The notes beneath the pieces were generated by a model. That model was given only the letters and a program-made list of their open reading frames with translations. It made no database searches and had not been told where the DNA came from. Source: a virus (Duplodnaviria; Caudoviricetes). From it: DNA of 64,000 bases. The stretch lies in IMG/VR virus record IMGVR_UViG_3300029305_003510, positions 32,001-96,000 of that record. One strand, written 5' to 3'. Both the position numbers and the translations under genes were made by a program. Within the stretch, counting starts at the first letter, position 1, and each line of letters starts with the position of its first letter. Below are positions 1 to 10,658 of the stretch, piece by piece.

Positions 1-683
1 TCATCGATGAGATTCTTACGTGCTCTCATAATATCATCTTTATCTCGCTTGTAAGTAGTAATCTGTTCGATATACTTATCAAGAGTCTGATGATCGATGG
101 TTACTATCACAGGCTTACCACGAACGCGTTTTTCAACAATCTTTTTCGTAGAACTACGCAGATCAAAGGGATCAGGTGTAGTTCCCAGAACTTCCTTACC
201 AAAAGATTGCAGAAGCTTATCGATACGAGATCCTACTTTCTCGGAAGTGAGATTTCCAGATCGAATATCATCATGAAGTTTAATGATATCTTTCTCGATA
301 CCAGAGGTAGTACGAATAGCATGAGGATAATCACGAACTTCAGGATATTCAAATGTCTCATGCTTAATAGGCTCTTTCGTTTTATCTAATCTATCAAGAA
401 TAACTTCTCGATATTTCTCGAGAAGCTTTACATTGTTCAAATAATAATTATTAAGAACAGAAAGTACCCGCTGGACCAGTTTAAGAAGAGTCTCTTTCAC
501 ATTCTCTAAAATTTCGTAAAACATTGAATGGGTATAGGTTGTTGCTGTAGAAATAATTCTTGCTTCGCCCAAACCAGAACCGAGCGCATCAATGCAACTC
601 TCTACGATATCTAATTTTTCATATGTTTCAACCACAGCTAGATGATTTGTAATCCCACACTGTGTCATAAACTTTGTTGTCAT
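1..683 (-). CDS. Partial (runs off left edge) putative internal head/virion protein, probable paralog of the two proteins at 2181-4579
   Basis: Absent from the ORF track because it is truncated. Manual translation from ATG at 683 (SD GAGGAGG upstream) gives MTTKFMTQCGITNHLAVVETYEKLDIVESCIDALG...ILENVKETLLKLVQRVLSVLNNYY..., open to position 1. It has an amphipathic helix like its neighbours and VVE/IVE/LGE motifs. Confidence 0.8.
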   Translation of the reverse strand, partial: MTTKFMTQCGITNHLAVVETYEKLDIVESCIDALGSGLGEARIISTATTYTHSMFYEILENVKETLLKLVQRVLSVLNNYYLNNVKLLEKYREVILDRLDKTKEPIKHETFEYPEVRDYPHAIRTTSGIEKDIIKLHDDIRSGNLTSEKVGSRIDKLLQSFGKEVLGTTPDPFDLRSSTKKIVEKRVRGKPVIVTIDHQTLDKYIEQITTYKRDKDDIMRARKNLID

Positions 684-755
684 CGGAAATATAACCTCCT
701 CTTATTGTGCTTATAAAAATGTCATTATTATTCCTGATTTGAGCGGAAATTGAGA

Positions 756-766
756 TATATACTATA
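756..766 (+). promoter_or_regulatory. Putative early (virion RNAP) promoter motif TATATACTATA
   Basis: The same motif recurs at 44468-44478 (+), 46748-46758 (+, TATATATTATA) and 56857-56867 (-), each just upstream of non-structural genes. Confidence 0.55.
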
Positions 767-834
767 TTTGTAGAAAGAGGAATTTGAAATAATTCCAAGA
801 CCAAATATGTAAAAGAAAGTTGAGGTACAAAGAA

Positions 835-1032
835 ATGACTCGAACTGAAATTAATACTTGGAAGAATTCTGAGATTGCTCGTATTGAGCGTGAGACTGCT
901 AGTAAAATGGCAAAAGACAAAACGGTCCATCAGGACCGCATGAGCCTCATCAAAGCAATGGGAGAAGCCGCTCAGCGCGGTGATTTTGATCTGATGGTTG
1001 AAATTAAGGGCAAGTTGGCTATGTGCCACTGA
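835..1032 (+). CDS. Small hypothetical protein
   Basis: ORF 820..1032; ATG at 835 follows a GAGGT SD and lies downstream of the early-type motif. Confidence 0.65.
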   Translation: MTRTEINTWKNSEIARIERETASKMAKDKTVHQDRMSLIKAMGEAAQRGDFDLMVEIKGKLAMCH

Positions 1033-1066
1033 ACCTATATAAACAAAAAATAAAGGAGAATCATTT

Positions 1067-2119
1067 ATGGAAAACCTTACTACAAAGATCAACGCAAATG
1101 TCCGTGCTCTTCTGCAGAACTATTACCATGAGGGTAACATCAAGGCAGCTACTAGACTCCGCACTGCACTGTATGATGTCTATGATAGCGACGCAGTCGA
1201 CAAACTTGTCGTTTCGATCTATGATCAGTGTGAAAGCAATGTACTCTATCCCGAAGACCACGACTTCGCCATCCTCGGTACCAATATCAATTTCATCAAG
1301 ATCATGTGCTCTATCATTCAGGATATCACGGAGTATTCCGATGACGATGATTGGGCGCTGGATCTGATCAAACGTGCACTGCATTTTGTTCCTACTCGTG
1401 AATATGCTTTGCAGTATCTCGAGAGTGACATTGAAATCGGTATGCGTTTCACCGACATTCTGCGTGAACTCATCGATGAGATTGAGGCCGATAAAGACAC
1501 ACCCAAGGATACTCAATGCTACATTCACGTAAGGCAAACACTGGCGCTTTTCAATGATGTATATGAAGCACGAAATCATATCTTCGAAGTCGATCCCAAG
1601 ATCATAGCTGAAATCAAAGAAGTTCTCTTCAACGAGGAGACTGAGGTACAAGTCTTTGAGATTTGGGATCAGCTCCACTATAAGTACAATGGAGCAACGG
1701 CTAACCATGTAATCGTTGAAATCATGGATGGATATATCGCAACCGCCAATTATGATGGGCTGTATAATATCCTTCTGCAGGGATTTGATGAGATCGAATA
1801 TTTCAATGACGAGATTGTCGATGCACCTATTCGAGCTCTCAAGTATGTGATGACATTACCCGCAACACAAGAGACTGCTGAGTTATTCAATATCTGTTTC
1901 ACTGCTATCAGAGATTTGCTTGGAAGCATGGATGAATATGGCGATGAGACCGATGTTACCTATGTTGCAAAGCTTGAAACAAATCTCTCTGAGATGAAGT
2001 CTGATATTTTCAAGCACATCACCGATGAAAACGATTATCATGATCTCATGGATCTGGTCAACGAAACCAAATGCTATCTTGCCAATGAAGATGACGACGA
2101 GGATGAAGACCTCTACTAA
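1067..2119 (+). CDS. Acidic, helical hypothetical protein
   Basis: 350-aa ORF, AAGGAG SD, followed by a terminator hairpin. Confidence 0.85.
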   Translation: MENLTTKINANVRALLQNYYHEGNIKAATRLRTALYDVYDSDAVDKLVVSIYDQCESNVLYPEDHDFAILGTNINFIKIMCSIIQDITEYSDDDDWALDLIKRALHFVPTREYALQYLESDIEIGMRFTDILRELIDEIEADKDTPKDTQCYIHVRQTLALFNDVYEARNHIFEVDPKIIAEIKEVLFNEETEVQVFEIWDQLHYKYNGATANHVIVEIMDGYIATANYDGLYNILLQGFDEIEYFNDEIVDAPIRALKYVMTLPATQETAELFNICFTAIRDLLGSMDEYGDETDVTYVAKLETNLSEMKSDIFKHITDENDYHDLMDLVNETKCYLANEDDDEDEDLY

Positions 2120-2133
2120 GTCGCAAAGAGAAT

Positions 2134-2166
2134 ACACCCCGGGATTGCTCCCGGGGTGTTTCTTTT
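2134..2166. terminator. Intrinsic terminator between convergent genes
   Basis: ACACCCCGGGA-ttgc-TCCCGGGGTGT stem plus T-rich tail. Confidence 0.85.
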
Positions 2167-2180
2167 ACTCCAAATGGAGA

Positions 2181-3353
2181 TTACTTATTGCCCTTGAAAC
2201 CAGCAAACTTGGTCAGGACATTCATGTAGTCACTGGTCATACTCTGAACCAGGCTGGTGTGCAGCTGACGAGCAGAGTTCGCAGTGGTCTCATACATAGT
2301 GGTCTGCTTCATGATCAGATCATAGTAAGCCTTATAACCCTCACGCAGAACACGAACAACCTCAGCGGGATACTTATCCTCATCCTTGATGTTCAGATCG
2401 CTGCCGATCTTCTCCAGAGCAGCCTTGTAATCAACCAGATCCTTCAGATGCTTCTCATACACCTTCTTGATAGCTTCAATAGCCTTGCCGCTATCCTTAA
2501 CAGCATTCAGCATCTTACCAGCATCGCCACCGACCTTAGTCTCAACCTTCTCGGCACCACGAGCCTTCTTAGTGACCTCAGCCCAGATAACATCGACGGA
2601 AGAAGCGCTGCCAACACCGAAGATACCAGAAGCAGTCTTAGCGAAGTTCTTCTCGAAATCTTCGCGCTCCTTCTTAAACTCACCGGCCAGCTTATCTTCA
2701 TCAGCGACATAGGACTTCACGCCCTCAGAATCAGCATCAGTGGGATTCTTCTTAGTACCCTTAAACTCAGCAGCACCAGCGATCATATTCTTACCGAAAT
2801 CGCTGATACCCTTAGCCTTCTTATCGCCCTGCTGAACAACCTCACGCCAGTCATCAACCAGCTTACCAACATTGGCAGCCAGCTCACCATTAGCACCGAG
2901 ATAGTCAGGATTCCAGCGATAGCACTCAACGGAGAAATCGCTGTAACCGGGCTGACGCTGAGCAGCCTGAATCTTGGGCTCCATGATCTTGACCCACTTA
3001 TCGGTCTTACCGGTCATCTTATAGAAGTAGGCCTTGATCTTCTCGATGATACCCTTGACCATAGAAATGATCTTATTGAAGAACTTGATTACGCCTTCCT
3101 TAATGGTGGTGAACACATTCTCATGCAGAGTGTCAACACGATCAGGAGCGGTCATAGCAGCTTCGGCCAGGAGCTCATCAGTAGAAACGATGATCTCACG
3201 CATATCAGCAGCCTCGGACATGATACGATAGTTCATGTCGGCGGTGCATTCATTCAGATTGTCGGTGCCAAATTCATACGCCGCAATGGGACTATGAGCA
3301 GCACCAGCGCTTTCCACAAGGGCCTGTGCCAGGCCAAAGGGAGTAATAGCCAT
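2181..3353 (-). CDS. Putative internal head (inner-body-like) virion protein
   Basis: 390 aa, strong codon bias (AAG/CTG). Acidic N-terminus with repeated LVE/LNE/MSE/LAE/LHE motifs, then an amphipathic helix IKEGVIKFFNKIISMVKGIIEKIK typical of jumbo-phage head protein paralogs. Confidence 0.65.
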   Translation of the reverse strand: MAITPFGLAQALVESAGAAHSPIAAYEFGTDNLNECTADMNYRIMSEAADMREIIVSTDELLAEAAMTAPDRVDTLHENVFTTIKEGVIKFFNKIISMVKGIIEKIKAYFYKMTGKTDKWVKIMEPKIQAAQRQPGYSDFSVECYRWNPDYLGANGELAANVGKLVDDWREVVQQGDKKAKGISDFGKNMIAGAAEFKGTKKNPTDADSEGVKSYVADEDKLAGEFKKEREDFEKNFAKTASGIFGVGSASSVDVIWAEVTKKARGAEKVETKVGGDAGKMLNAVKDSGKAIEAIKKVYEKHLKDLVDYKAALEKIGSDLNIKDEDKYPAEVVRVLREGYKAYYDLIMKQTTMYETTANSARQLHTSLVQSMTSDYMNVLTKFAGFKGNK

Positions 3354-3394
3354 AGTGTACGTACCTCCTTATAGTTTATCCAAAGTGGCGTTAA

Positions 3395-4579
3395 TTACAG
3401 CGCAAAGTCCATGATTACGTCGAAATCGTCGATATCGGACGCATCATTGTTGTTGGACTTGGTGTCCTTCCAGCTCAGCATCTTGCCGAACATAGCCTTG
3501 GCCTGGTCATTACGAGTCTTGAAGAAGTTATACTTCAGGCTCTTAACCTTATTGATAACAGCATAGGTATCGCTGACACAGGACATATAGACGCTATAGT
3601 AGGAAGAAACCAGAGACAGAGCGTTGGCATTAGCACTCTTATCTTCCTTATCGCTGTTGAACTTATCGATATCGGACTGGATCTGAGAAGTCTCGCCATC
3701 CAGGTCGCTATAGTAGTTCTTAGCAGCCTGCTCGATACGGACATACTCATCCTTGATAGCAGCCAGATCAGTAGGATCCTGCAGAATCTTGCCCAGAGCG
3801 CCCAGATCAAAGCCCTTCTGACCATGCTTGATATCAATCTTCTCACCATACAGCTTAGAGCGACAATCAGCCTCCCAGCCATCCTTGGCCAGATTCATAC
3901 CGGTCAGCTCTTTCGCGACATTGTAAGCACGATCAGCAGAAGACAGGTTGGTTAGACGATCAATATAAGCCTTGGCAGACTTCTCACCAGCAGAACCGGA
4001 CTTAATCTCACCGCTGTGTTCAGTCCAGAATTTCTTGGGAGAATCGAACTTACCGCCGGTGGCCTTAGCCATCAGGCTCTCGATACCCTCGCGGGACTCA
4101 AAGCCAGAGGGCTCAGCAAAAATCTTATCCTTGGTCATGATGTCATAGCCATTATAAACCAGACCATCATACTTCTTACCCTGGAGCAGCTTACTATCCT
4201 TATACTTCTCCCACAGCTGCTTACCAGTAAGTTTGATTTTATCGATCTGCAGCTTCAGCTTATTGATAATAGAGCGCAGGAACTTCAGGATCTTATCGAA
4301 GAAAGCTTTGATCTTCTTCTTGATATCCTCAAAGGACATCTCAACGATGGGCCCAAACTCGGGCTCATAGCCGCCAGAAATAGCATTGATAGTGGCCTCG
4401 ACGAGAGCTTCATTCTGCGCATTGCGCTGCTCGAGGAAGCTCATCTGGCTCTCAACGATGACCACAGGCAGGGTGTTAATAGCCTCATCCAGAGACATCT
4501 CCGGCATTTCATCGGTATAAGAACCACCGTTGAAGCCAGCGGCAGACTCTGTGAGCGCCATCAGCTCGTTAATTCTCAT
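3395..4579 (-). CDS. Putative internal head virion protein (paralog of 2181-3353)
   Basis: 394 aa with the same architecture (LTE/IVE/LVE motifs; IKKKIKAFFDKILKFLRSIINKLK); late promoter upstream. Confidence 0.65.
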   Translation of the reverse strand: MRINELMALTESAAGFNGGSYTDEMPEMSLDEAINTLPVVIVESQMSFLEQRNAQNEALVEATINAISGGYEPEFGPIVEMSFEDIKKKIKAFFDKILKFLRSIINKLKLQIDKIKLTGKQLWEKYKDSKLLQGKKYDGLVYNGYDIMTKDKIFAEPSGFESREGIESLMAKATGGKFDSPKKFWTEHSGEIKSGSAGEKSAKAYIDRLTNLSSADRAYNVAKELTGMNLAKDGWEADCRSKLYGEKIDIKHGQKGFDLGALGKILQDPTDLAAIKDEYVRIEQAAKNYYSDLDGETSQIQSDIDKFNSDKEDKSANANALSLVSSYYSVYMSCVSDTYAVINKVKSLKYNFFKTRNDQAKAMFGKMLSWKDTKSNNNDASDIDDFDVIMDFAL

Positions 4580-4658
4580 AACAGTTTTTGCCTCCTTGTG
4601 TTTCAGAGTGGATTGTATTGTTATTGGGTTCGGGTTTCTTTCGACGTGAAAGCACGTT

Positions 4659-4670
4659 TATAACAATGTT
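4659..4670 (-). promoter_or_regulatory. AR9-like late promoter AACA-N6-TA (AACATTGTTATA)
   Basis: Matches the AR9 non-virion RNAP late consensus; recurs upstream of many structural genes. Confidence 0.65.
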
Positions 4671-4738
4671 TGGGGTAATTGTTAAGAAAAGTACAGAATC
4701 GGAGTTATTTTTGTATATGAACATAGCCTAAGGGGTAG

Positions 4739-5782
4739 TTAGGCCATCTTCAGCGTATTGAGAAGAAGTTCAGTATAACTCTTGATAGCATTCTCATGAG
4801 CTACACACTTCCTCAACTGTGTGGCCATAGTCATAACCACAACAGTGCCGATAGCAAAGATATTCACAGTCTGCATCAGAGCTACTTTCATAGTCTCTGC
4901 AGCTTTCTGCATATCGTAACCTTCACCATCAGTGATAGAACAGATCGAGTCATAGCAACTCATAGATATGTTCCGAAGAGTATGAGAGACCAGTCGCAAG
5001 AGAACGCGAACAATGTCTTCTTCATCACCACGATAAGGCCTCTCATCAGGATTACCATAACGCTGACCGGACATCAGGTCATTGAAATCAATACCCTGAC
5101 TTTCAACTGCCTCCAGACGGGACATGCGGTCCATATCTTTATAGACACAGTTGATGAGATCAACCATACCTTCAAAGGATCTTACTACACCGCTCTGGCG
5201 ACCATAGTCTTCACCATAGAAGGGCTTCAGCGTACTGGCCATAATAGGATCACGCAGCATCTCAGGACGATTAGAAAACAGGTTTACAAAATTGCGAGTT
5301 TCCCACATATTATTGAATGCAGGCATCGCATTGTAATTGTAACGACTGTGTTCAATACCCTGCTGCCGAATGAATTCTACATTCTTCATGAACAACCCAA
5401 CATGATGATTGAACGAATCCATAGTCGGGCTGTTAGGCCCATTATAGAGATCCAGCATTGCCTTCTGTTTAACGGCAGTACAGCGAATGATATTTGCAAC
5501 ATTACTTGCAACTTCAGCAACTCTCTCGAATTTACCAACCTGCATGTTAATGTCTTCATCGCCATATGTCATATTCAACAGAGGTGCAATCTGCTCTTCA
5601 TAAACAGGACCAAGTTTTCCGATTACCCACATAACAGGATCCCTGCTATGAGCTTCCCGGATCATTTCGGTAGACTGCTGTGCAGACACTGGAGCAGGAG
5701 GTCGAACAGCATCGTCAAACTCGCTCACGGACTCACACATCATAAATGCGCCACCCGGATACAAAGAATAATTCGGATACAT
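4739..5782 (-). CDS. Hypothetical protein, probable virion/head component
   Basis: 347-aa ORF, AAGGAGG SD, lies in the head-protein operon. Confidence 0.8.
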   Translation of the reverse strand: MYPNYSLYPGGAFMMCESVSEFDDAVRPPAPVSAQQSTEMIREAHSRDPVMWVIGKLGPVYEEQIAPLLNMTYGDEDINMQVGKFERVAEVASNVANIIRCTAVKQKAMLDLYNGPNSPTMDSFNHHVGLFMKNVEFIRQQGIEHSRYNYNAMPAFNNMWETRNFVNLFSNRPEMLRDPIMASTLKPFYGEDYGRQSGVVRSFEGMVDLINCVYKDMDRMSRLEAVESQGIDFNDLMSGQRYGNPDERPYRGDEEDIVRVLLRLVSHTLRNISMSCYDSICSITDGEGYDMQKAAETMKVALMQTVNIFAIGTVVVMTMATQLRKCVAHENAIKSYTELLLNTLKMA

Positions 5783-5797
5783 CTTCTTCCTCCTTTC

Positions 5798-6817
5798 TTA
5801 CAGCATCAGATCACCAGCAGTGAATGCGCCGGGATCACGGACAATGGGGCTATTCTGATCAACTCGCAGAGTTGCATTCTCCCTACGCTTCTGAACAGCG
5901 ACCATACTATTGGTAGTATCCATCTTAACAGCAACGCGATTCTTCCACTTCTCGAGTTTCTGCACGATCTTCTTCTGTCGAGCAATAACCTTCTTACTAC
6001 CACGACCACCTTCCAGTGATTCAATATTGGTATTAATCAGGTCAACCTGCAGAGAGAGCATATCAGAAATTTTTACTCGATTATAGTAGATAGAATAAAT
6101 AATTTCGCGAATCATAATAATGATACGAGGAATCATTGCAATCACAAAACCTACACCGATCACGGCTGCTGCAACTCCAGCCAGCGTGACACTTTCAGAC
6201 ATAGCCTTCTTCGTGCCAGTCTGTTCATATGACTGCAGGAGCTTGGTATAAGTATCAAGATCGCTGGATGCTGCCAGGATATTCTTGATATGAACATGTT
6301 TGATCGTGCCAGGAATTTCATCATAGAGGACCTGGCAATCGGTCTCAGTTTCTGTGGTAACAAACCGAATCGTATTACTCACCAGAATACCAACAGAATA
6401 CAGACATGCTGCAACCAGAGAGGTATACAACAGCTGAATCAAACCATTACCAGCCTGATACTGAGAACGATATTCATTTCGATTATTGGAGAGATGAGAC
6501 ATAACTCGTTTGACCGCTTCGCATACTTTCAGGTATTTCTCAGCGCCAGGATCAGTGCTGCTCTGATAAATGTTGGACAGAGTCGTAACATTTTCCAAAA
6601 TCATAGCCTTGTATTTGAAACGATCGATATCGCCGGCAGATTTCTCAATCTCACCAAAGTCCAGGGAATTATACTTATCTGTAATGAATTTCATCATCGC
6701 AGTAAGTACATCATCTGTAACCTGTACTTTTGCCTCCTCAGACAAGGCGAAGAAGTCTACACGATTGACTTCAATCGCAGCCTCAGTCAGCAACTTTGCA
6801 TAATCTAACTGAACCAT
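5798..6817 (-). CDS. Hypothetical protein, probable virion component
   Basis: 339-aa ORF with LTE/LSE/MSE motifs, in the same operon. Confidence 0.8.
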   Translation of the reverse strand: MVQLDYAKLLTEAAIEVNRVDFFALSEEAKVQVTDDVLTAMMKFITDKYNSLDFGEIEKSAGDIDRFKYKAMILENVTTLSNIYQSSTDPGAEKYLKVCEAVKRVMSHLSNNRNEYRSQYQAGNGLIQLLYTSLVAACLYSVGILVSNTIRFVTTETETDCQVLYDEIPGTIKHVHIKNILAASSDLDTYTKLLQSYEQTGTKKAMSESVTLAGVAAAVIGVGFVIAMIPRIIIMIREIIYSIYYNRVKISDMLSLQVDLINTNIESLEGGRGSKKVIARQKKIVQKLEKWKNRVAVKMDTTNSMVAVQKRRENATLRVDQNSPIVRDPGAFTAGDLML

Positions 6818-6834
6818 AATGACTTCTCCCTCCT

Positions 6835-9159
6835 TTATCTGGAAATAGACCGATACAGTTCCCGCAACATGCGATCCGACGACTGCTGCTCGCGCTCCAA
6901 CATCGCATAGGTATACTGCTGGAAGTCTCCGCCATGTCCATCATAGGTGATATAACACATCTCATTCGCCTGATCAAGAATCACGAAACCGAGCAAGAAG
7001 CTGGCATCCATGATCATATTGACATGATCCTGGGTCATAATATCAATGCCATATTCATCCTTGATATACTGTACCTCATTCATAGTCAAAACGACAGACC
7101 CATTCGGAGTATATTCCTTCATGAGATAAGGTACAGACATTTTGGACCAACGCTTGCGTCTGCGGAATGCAGCACCCCACTGACGTGCACCACCAGTACG
7201 ACTGTTGAGCGCATCAACTTTCAGTTCCTTAAAACCGAAAAGCAGATCAGCGAGAGATTTCTCTTCGCCACTGATATACTTTACGAAGCGAAGGAACTTA
7301 CGTTTATTGATAATGCAATTATACAGATCATTGATCAGATCAATGGCGGGAACCTTGCGGATATGGACCTTGATACCAACAAGAACATCACGGGTCACTA
7401 CTTGTTCAGTCTCATCGACAATGAAACCGATTGATGCCTTTGTATAGGTAGGAATCGCTTCATTGGATTTCTTCATATCCATATCGGTGAAGATCTCTTT
7501 ATCGAAAGTCTTATGACCGGTATAGCCATTTCGCATTGCAGCACGACCAATATTGACACCGGATGCAGGTCTGCGAGAATCAAACGTAAGACCATCAGTA
7601 TCAATATCGCCACGAGGATCTTGAGGACCTTTATTTTGACGCTCATCACGAAGTTTATCTTCAAGATCTTTTATTTTCTTATCTCTGCGATCAATTTCTC
7701 TCTCATGACCCTTTTTCTCTTTCTCGTATCTCTTTTCTGTCATATAGAGTTGCGAATGATGCTGCTGCGTTTGTTTCTCCATACCTTTCTTGAGGTTTCT
7801 ATTTTCACGACTCTGCTTATTGTACTCTTCTGAATCTACGATTATGTAAGCAGGTTCATGTTTAGCCTCAGTAAGAATAAAAACATCACTATCAGGAGCA
7901 GACAGAGATTCATCAATAGCCGTGATGCAATGTTCGATTGTGTTCAGATCCATTTCGGACAGAACGGGAATGCCGCTTTCCTCGAGTTTCTTGTCAGCCG
8001 CAGGATCGGGCAATCCTTTGCGTTTTCTGAGTTCAGAACGTCGCTTATCAACCAGCTTCAAACGCTTATTGATAATCTTGATGTAAGCGCCATACTGTTT
8101 CATGAACGCTTTAGGGTTAGAGATTGTGGCCCCATTGAACCTGATAGACAGTTTCTTATTGGTGCCATTCTTCTCATTCTCTTTATACTTCTTTTTATAT
8201 CTGGTTAGATACTTTGCATATTTATGCTTCAACTTATTTAGCTTTGATTCAAGACTGTTAAGCTTAGTGAGACTGGAACAAGACAGGATCTTATTCTCGG
8301 AAACGGATTCCAGCGAGAACATGATCGAGTCAATGGCAGATTTGACATTACCTTCAGAGAGAAGACCATCAATTTCAGGATATTCATCTTCAAGATCGCC
8401 TTCTTCATCGCCAATATCAATACCAGTGACTCTCTTGATAATCTCTTCATCACTCATCAGTTCAAGATCATCATCGCCAGTATCGAGCATATCAGCAGTA
8501 GCCTCACCGAGGAAGCCCCATGTATCAAGTTCTCGCATGTTTTCGAGGTACTGCTCCTGCAGTGTCCGAGTTAATGGATCGATCGGATCAGCAGAGTACA
8601 TATCATTTAAAGAAATCGTTTCAGAGATGACGTTAATGTAATTCGAACAGTTCTTCTTGGACTTTTCCCAGCATTCCAACAGGAAATCCTGAAGCGCTGC
8701 CAGATCAGCATTCGTCGGCTCAGATGCAGATTCTTCAAGTGTACTTACGAGACCAAGCGCCTTATTCAACACAGGACCAGATCCAGCATTGATGCCCATA
8801 TTTTGGTGGAACTGGGACAGATAGGCTTCAATGGACGCCTGATCATCAGATCGGATGCGGTGGAACGGCATCAGACTAATACAGGTGACCACAAAGGTCG
8901 CATAAGACTTTTCCAGCACTCTACTGATCATACCCATTTCTTCGGGTGTTACCTGATCAGATGTTACTGTCGGAAAATAAAAAATTGAATTCGAGCTATA
9001 CGCCGAGATAGATCGGATATGATTCCGATTCAGATTGACGCTAAACTTTTGTTTGGTTCCTTTGCCCGAAACGTCTATGGATGACAACATCGAGAAAAGT
9101 TCAGTGATCATCAGCACATTTCTCCCTTCTTTGCAGATTTGTACATGTTGCCAAACCAC
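6835..9159 (-). CDS. Large hypothetical virion protein (true start probably ~9118)
   Basis: 774-aa ORF with acidic linker regions and a coiled-coil segment; SD-like GAAGGGAG before an internal GTG/ATG; late-promoter variant AACAAATACTATA upstream. Confidence 0.8.
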   Translation of the reverse strand: MVWQHVQICKEGRNVLMITELFSMLSSIDVSGKGTKQKFSVNLNRNHIRSISAYSSNSIFYFPTVTSDQVTPEEMGMISRVLEKSYATFVVTCISLMPFHRIRSDDQASIEAYLSQFHQNMGINAGSGPVLNKALGLVSTLEESASEPTNADLAALQDFLLECWEKSKKNCSNYINVISETISLNDMYSADPIDPLTRTLQEQYLENMRELDTWGFLGEATADMLDTGDDDLELMSDEEIIKRVTGIDIGDEEGDLEDEYPEIDGLLSEGNVKSAIDSIMFSLESVSENKILSCSSLTKLNSLESKLNKLKHKYAKYLTRYKKKYKENEKNGTNKKLSIRFNGATISNPKAFMKQYGAYIKIINKRLKLVDKRRSELRKRKGLPDPAADKKLEESGIPVLSEMDLNTIEHCITAIDESLSAPDSDVFILTEAKHEPAYIIVDSEEYNKQSRENRNLKKGMEKQTQQHHSQLYMTEKRYEKEKKGHEREIDRRDKKIKDLEDKLRDERQNKGPQDPRGDIDTDGLTFDSRRPASGVNIGRAAMRNGYTGHKTFDKEIFTDMDMKKSNEAIPTYTKASIGFIVDETEQVVTRDVLVGIKVHIRKVPAIDLINDLYNCIINKRKFLRFVKYISGEEKSLADLLFGFKELKVDALNSRTGGARQWGAAFRRRKRWSKMSVPYLMKEYTPNGSVVLTMNEVQYIKDEYGIDIMTQDHVNMIMDASFLLGFVILDQANEMCYITYDGHGGDFQQYTYAMLEREQQSSDRMLRELYRSISR

Positions 9160-9286
9160 AACTCGTACATTTATAGTATTTGTTGAAGTAAATCAAAAAA
9201 GAACATATAAACCCTCCCAAATGGGAGGGTTTTCTTATCAGTAAAAGAAAACGGGGCATTGAATCCCGTTTTCTTTTTTATCTTAA

Positions 9287-9811
9287 TCAGTCTTCATCCC
9301 AGCGAGGCGCAATTCTGAATCCTCTACCAGGCTGAACTTCAAGATCTATACCTCCGAACTTTTTCTTCTTCGGCTTTGTATAATCGCGTTTCCCTCCCTG
9401 AATCCGATAGAACCTTGGATCCTTACCGATGGATAAACCAATACCATGATCAAATGGAGAATCATCATCATCTTCGTATATATAATCGTCTTCATCAAGA
9501 TCATCTTCAGAATCAAAATAGTCGTCATCTTCACTAAAATCTGATGCAGCTAATAATTCACCATGTAATGATGTGATCAAACGATCTGCAACACGAGCAG
9601 ATGCTTCCAAAGTATTGATCATTTCGGCAGCAACTTTTAGTTCATCTTCCAGCATCTTAATTTTCTTACTGGATTTCTTCTTCAAGGTTTCATATTGGGT
9701 TTTCCAATATTCAACTTCATTGGGCTCGCTCTTCGAAACAGTATAAACTGTTTTTGTATCTTCACGTGGAATAAGTTGCATGAAATTATCATGCTTCTTT
9801 GATTTGCTCAT
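9287..9811 (-). CDS. Hypothetical coiled-coil/acidic protein carrying an N-terminal DNFMQLIPR tag
   Basis: 174-aa ORF, AGGAGGAG SD. Confidence 0.8.
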   Translation of the reverse strand: MSKSKKHDNFMQLIPREDTKTVYTVSKSEPNEVEYWKTQYETLKKKSSKKIKMLEDELKVAAEMINTLEASARVADRLITSLHGELLAASDFSEDDDYFDSEDDLDEDDYIYEDDDDSPFDHGIGLSIGKDPRFYRIQGGKRDYTKPKKKKFGGIDLEVQPGRGFRIAPRWDED

Positions 9812-9941
9812 TGCGTACTCCTCCTAATTAGTTGCACCGATATTTTGATCTCGTTCTCTTTCGCATACATAGGTGCAAACGGGCAACTATTAGTAAAAGT
9901 TTTACAACTCCTTTCCACTACAAGTATAATATGTACGTGCT

Positions 9942-10505
9942 TTAAGAGTTGCCCAATTTGCTTGATACTGCTTTTTGCGCGCCCTGATATTTGCCAGTAT
10001 ACAAAGTATCGATCTTACCATGCGGAGTTAAGAAATACACTTGCGCAATAGAAAGATTCGGATAAATCTTAGTGGGGTATGTGACCTTAATCTGTAGAGT
10101 CCATACACCACCAAAACCAATATCTCCAAAACCTGCTTCCTGATGAACCGCGATTCCGAGACGACCGATAGAAGACCGACCGGTAATAATCGGTTCAAAA
10201 TAATCAGTCTTCACGACTTCTTTAGTAGGAACAAGATATAGCATCCCAGGTCGGAGAATAAAACCTTCTTCAGGATCAATCTGAAAAGTCTCCGTATCTT
10301 GGAAGGTTGACTTATCTTTTAAGTCAATCAATGTAAGATTCCGATATACAGTAACAGTATCACCACACCGAAGATTATAACTGTTGGGATTCAAATAAAC
10401 GGGGTCGTAATCAGAAATAAAAATTCGACCAGCTCGAATTTGCTTAGCAATCTCACTCCCGGTTAAAACGCCGCCGGAGAAGTTTACTCTATCTAATAAA
10501 CCCAT
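9942..10505 (-). CDS. dcd: dCTP deaminase (trimeric dUTPase/dCTP deaminase family)
   Basis: Motifs LNPNSYNLR, GRSSIGRLG, GFGDIGFGG-WTL, IAQVYF, YxGKYQG. Confidence 0.85.
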   Translation of the reverse strand: MGLLDRVNFSGGVLTGSEIAKQIRAGRIFISDYDPVYLNPNSYNLRCGDTVTVYRNLTLIDLKDKSTFQDTETFQIDPEEGFILRPGMLYLVPTKEVVKTDYFEPIITGRSSIGRLGIAVHQEAGFGDIGFGGVWTLQIKVTYPTKIYPNLSIAQVYFLTPHGKIDTLYTGKYQGAQKAVSSKLGNS

Positions 10506-10590
10506 AGAGATATCACCATACCTTTCTTATATAACTGTAAGCAATCGAATCAGTAAAGAATTGCTATAAATGTCTTATTTGATAGGCTCG

Positions 10591-10602
10591 AACATCGATA
10601 TA
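10591..10602 (+). promoter_or_regulatory. Late promoter AACATCGATATA
   Basis: AACA-N6-TA upstream of the baseplate operon. Confidence 0.65.
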
Positions 10603-10658
10603 AATTGGATTAACATATAAATCCATGTTTCCTGTCAGAGAAGAGGTGAAATATCAAA

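Noticed and set aside
2025-3374. Long + strand ORF (449 aa) and similar antisense ORFs (4796-6019, 14663-15487, 18602-19939, 27732-29276, 48594-49517, 54326-55237)
   Set aside because: These are shadow ORFs opposite strongly codon-biased real genes. They have no SD, and their L/I/S/H-rich composition is typical of antisense frames.
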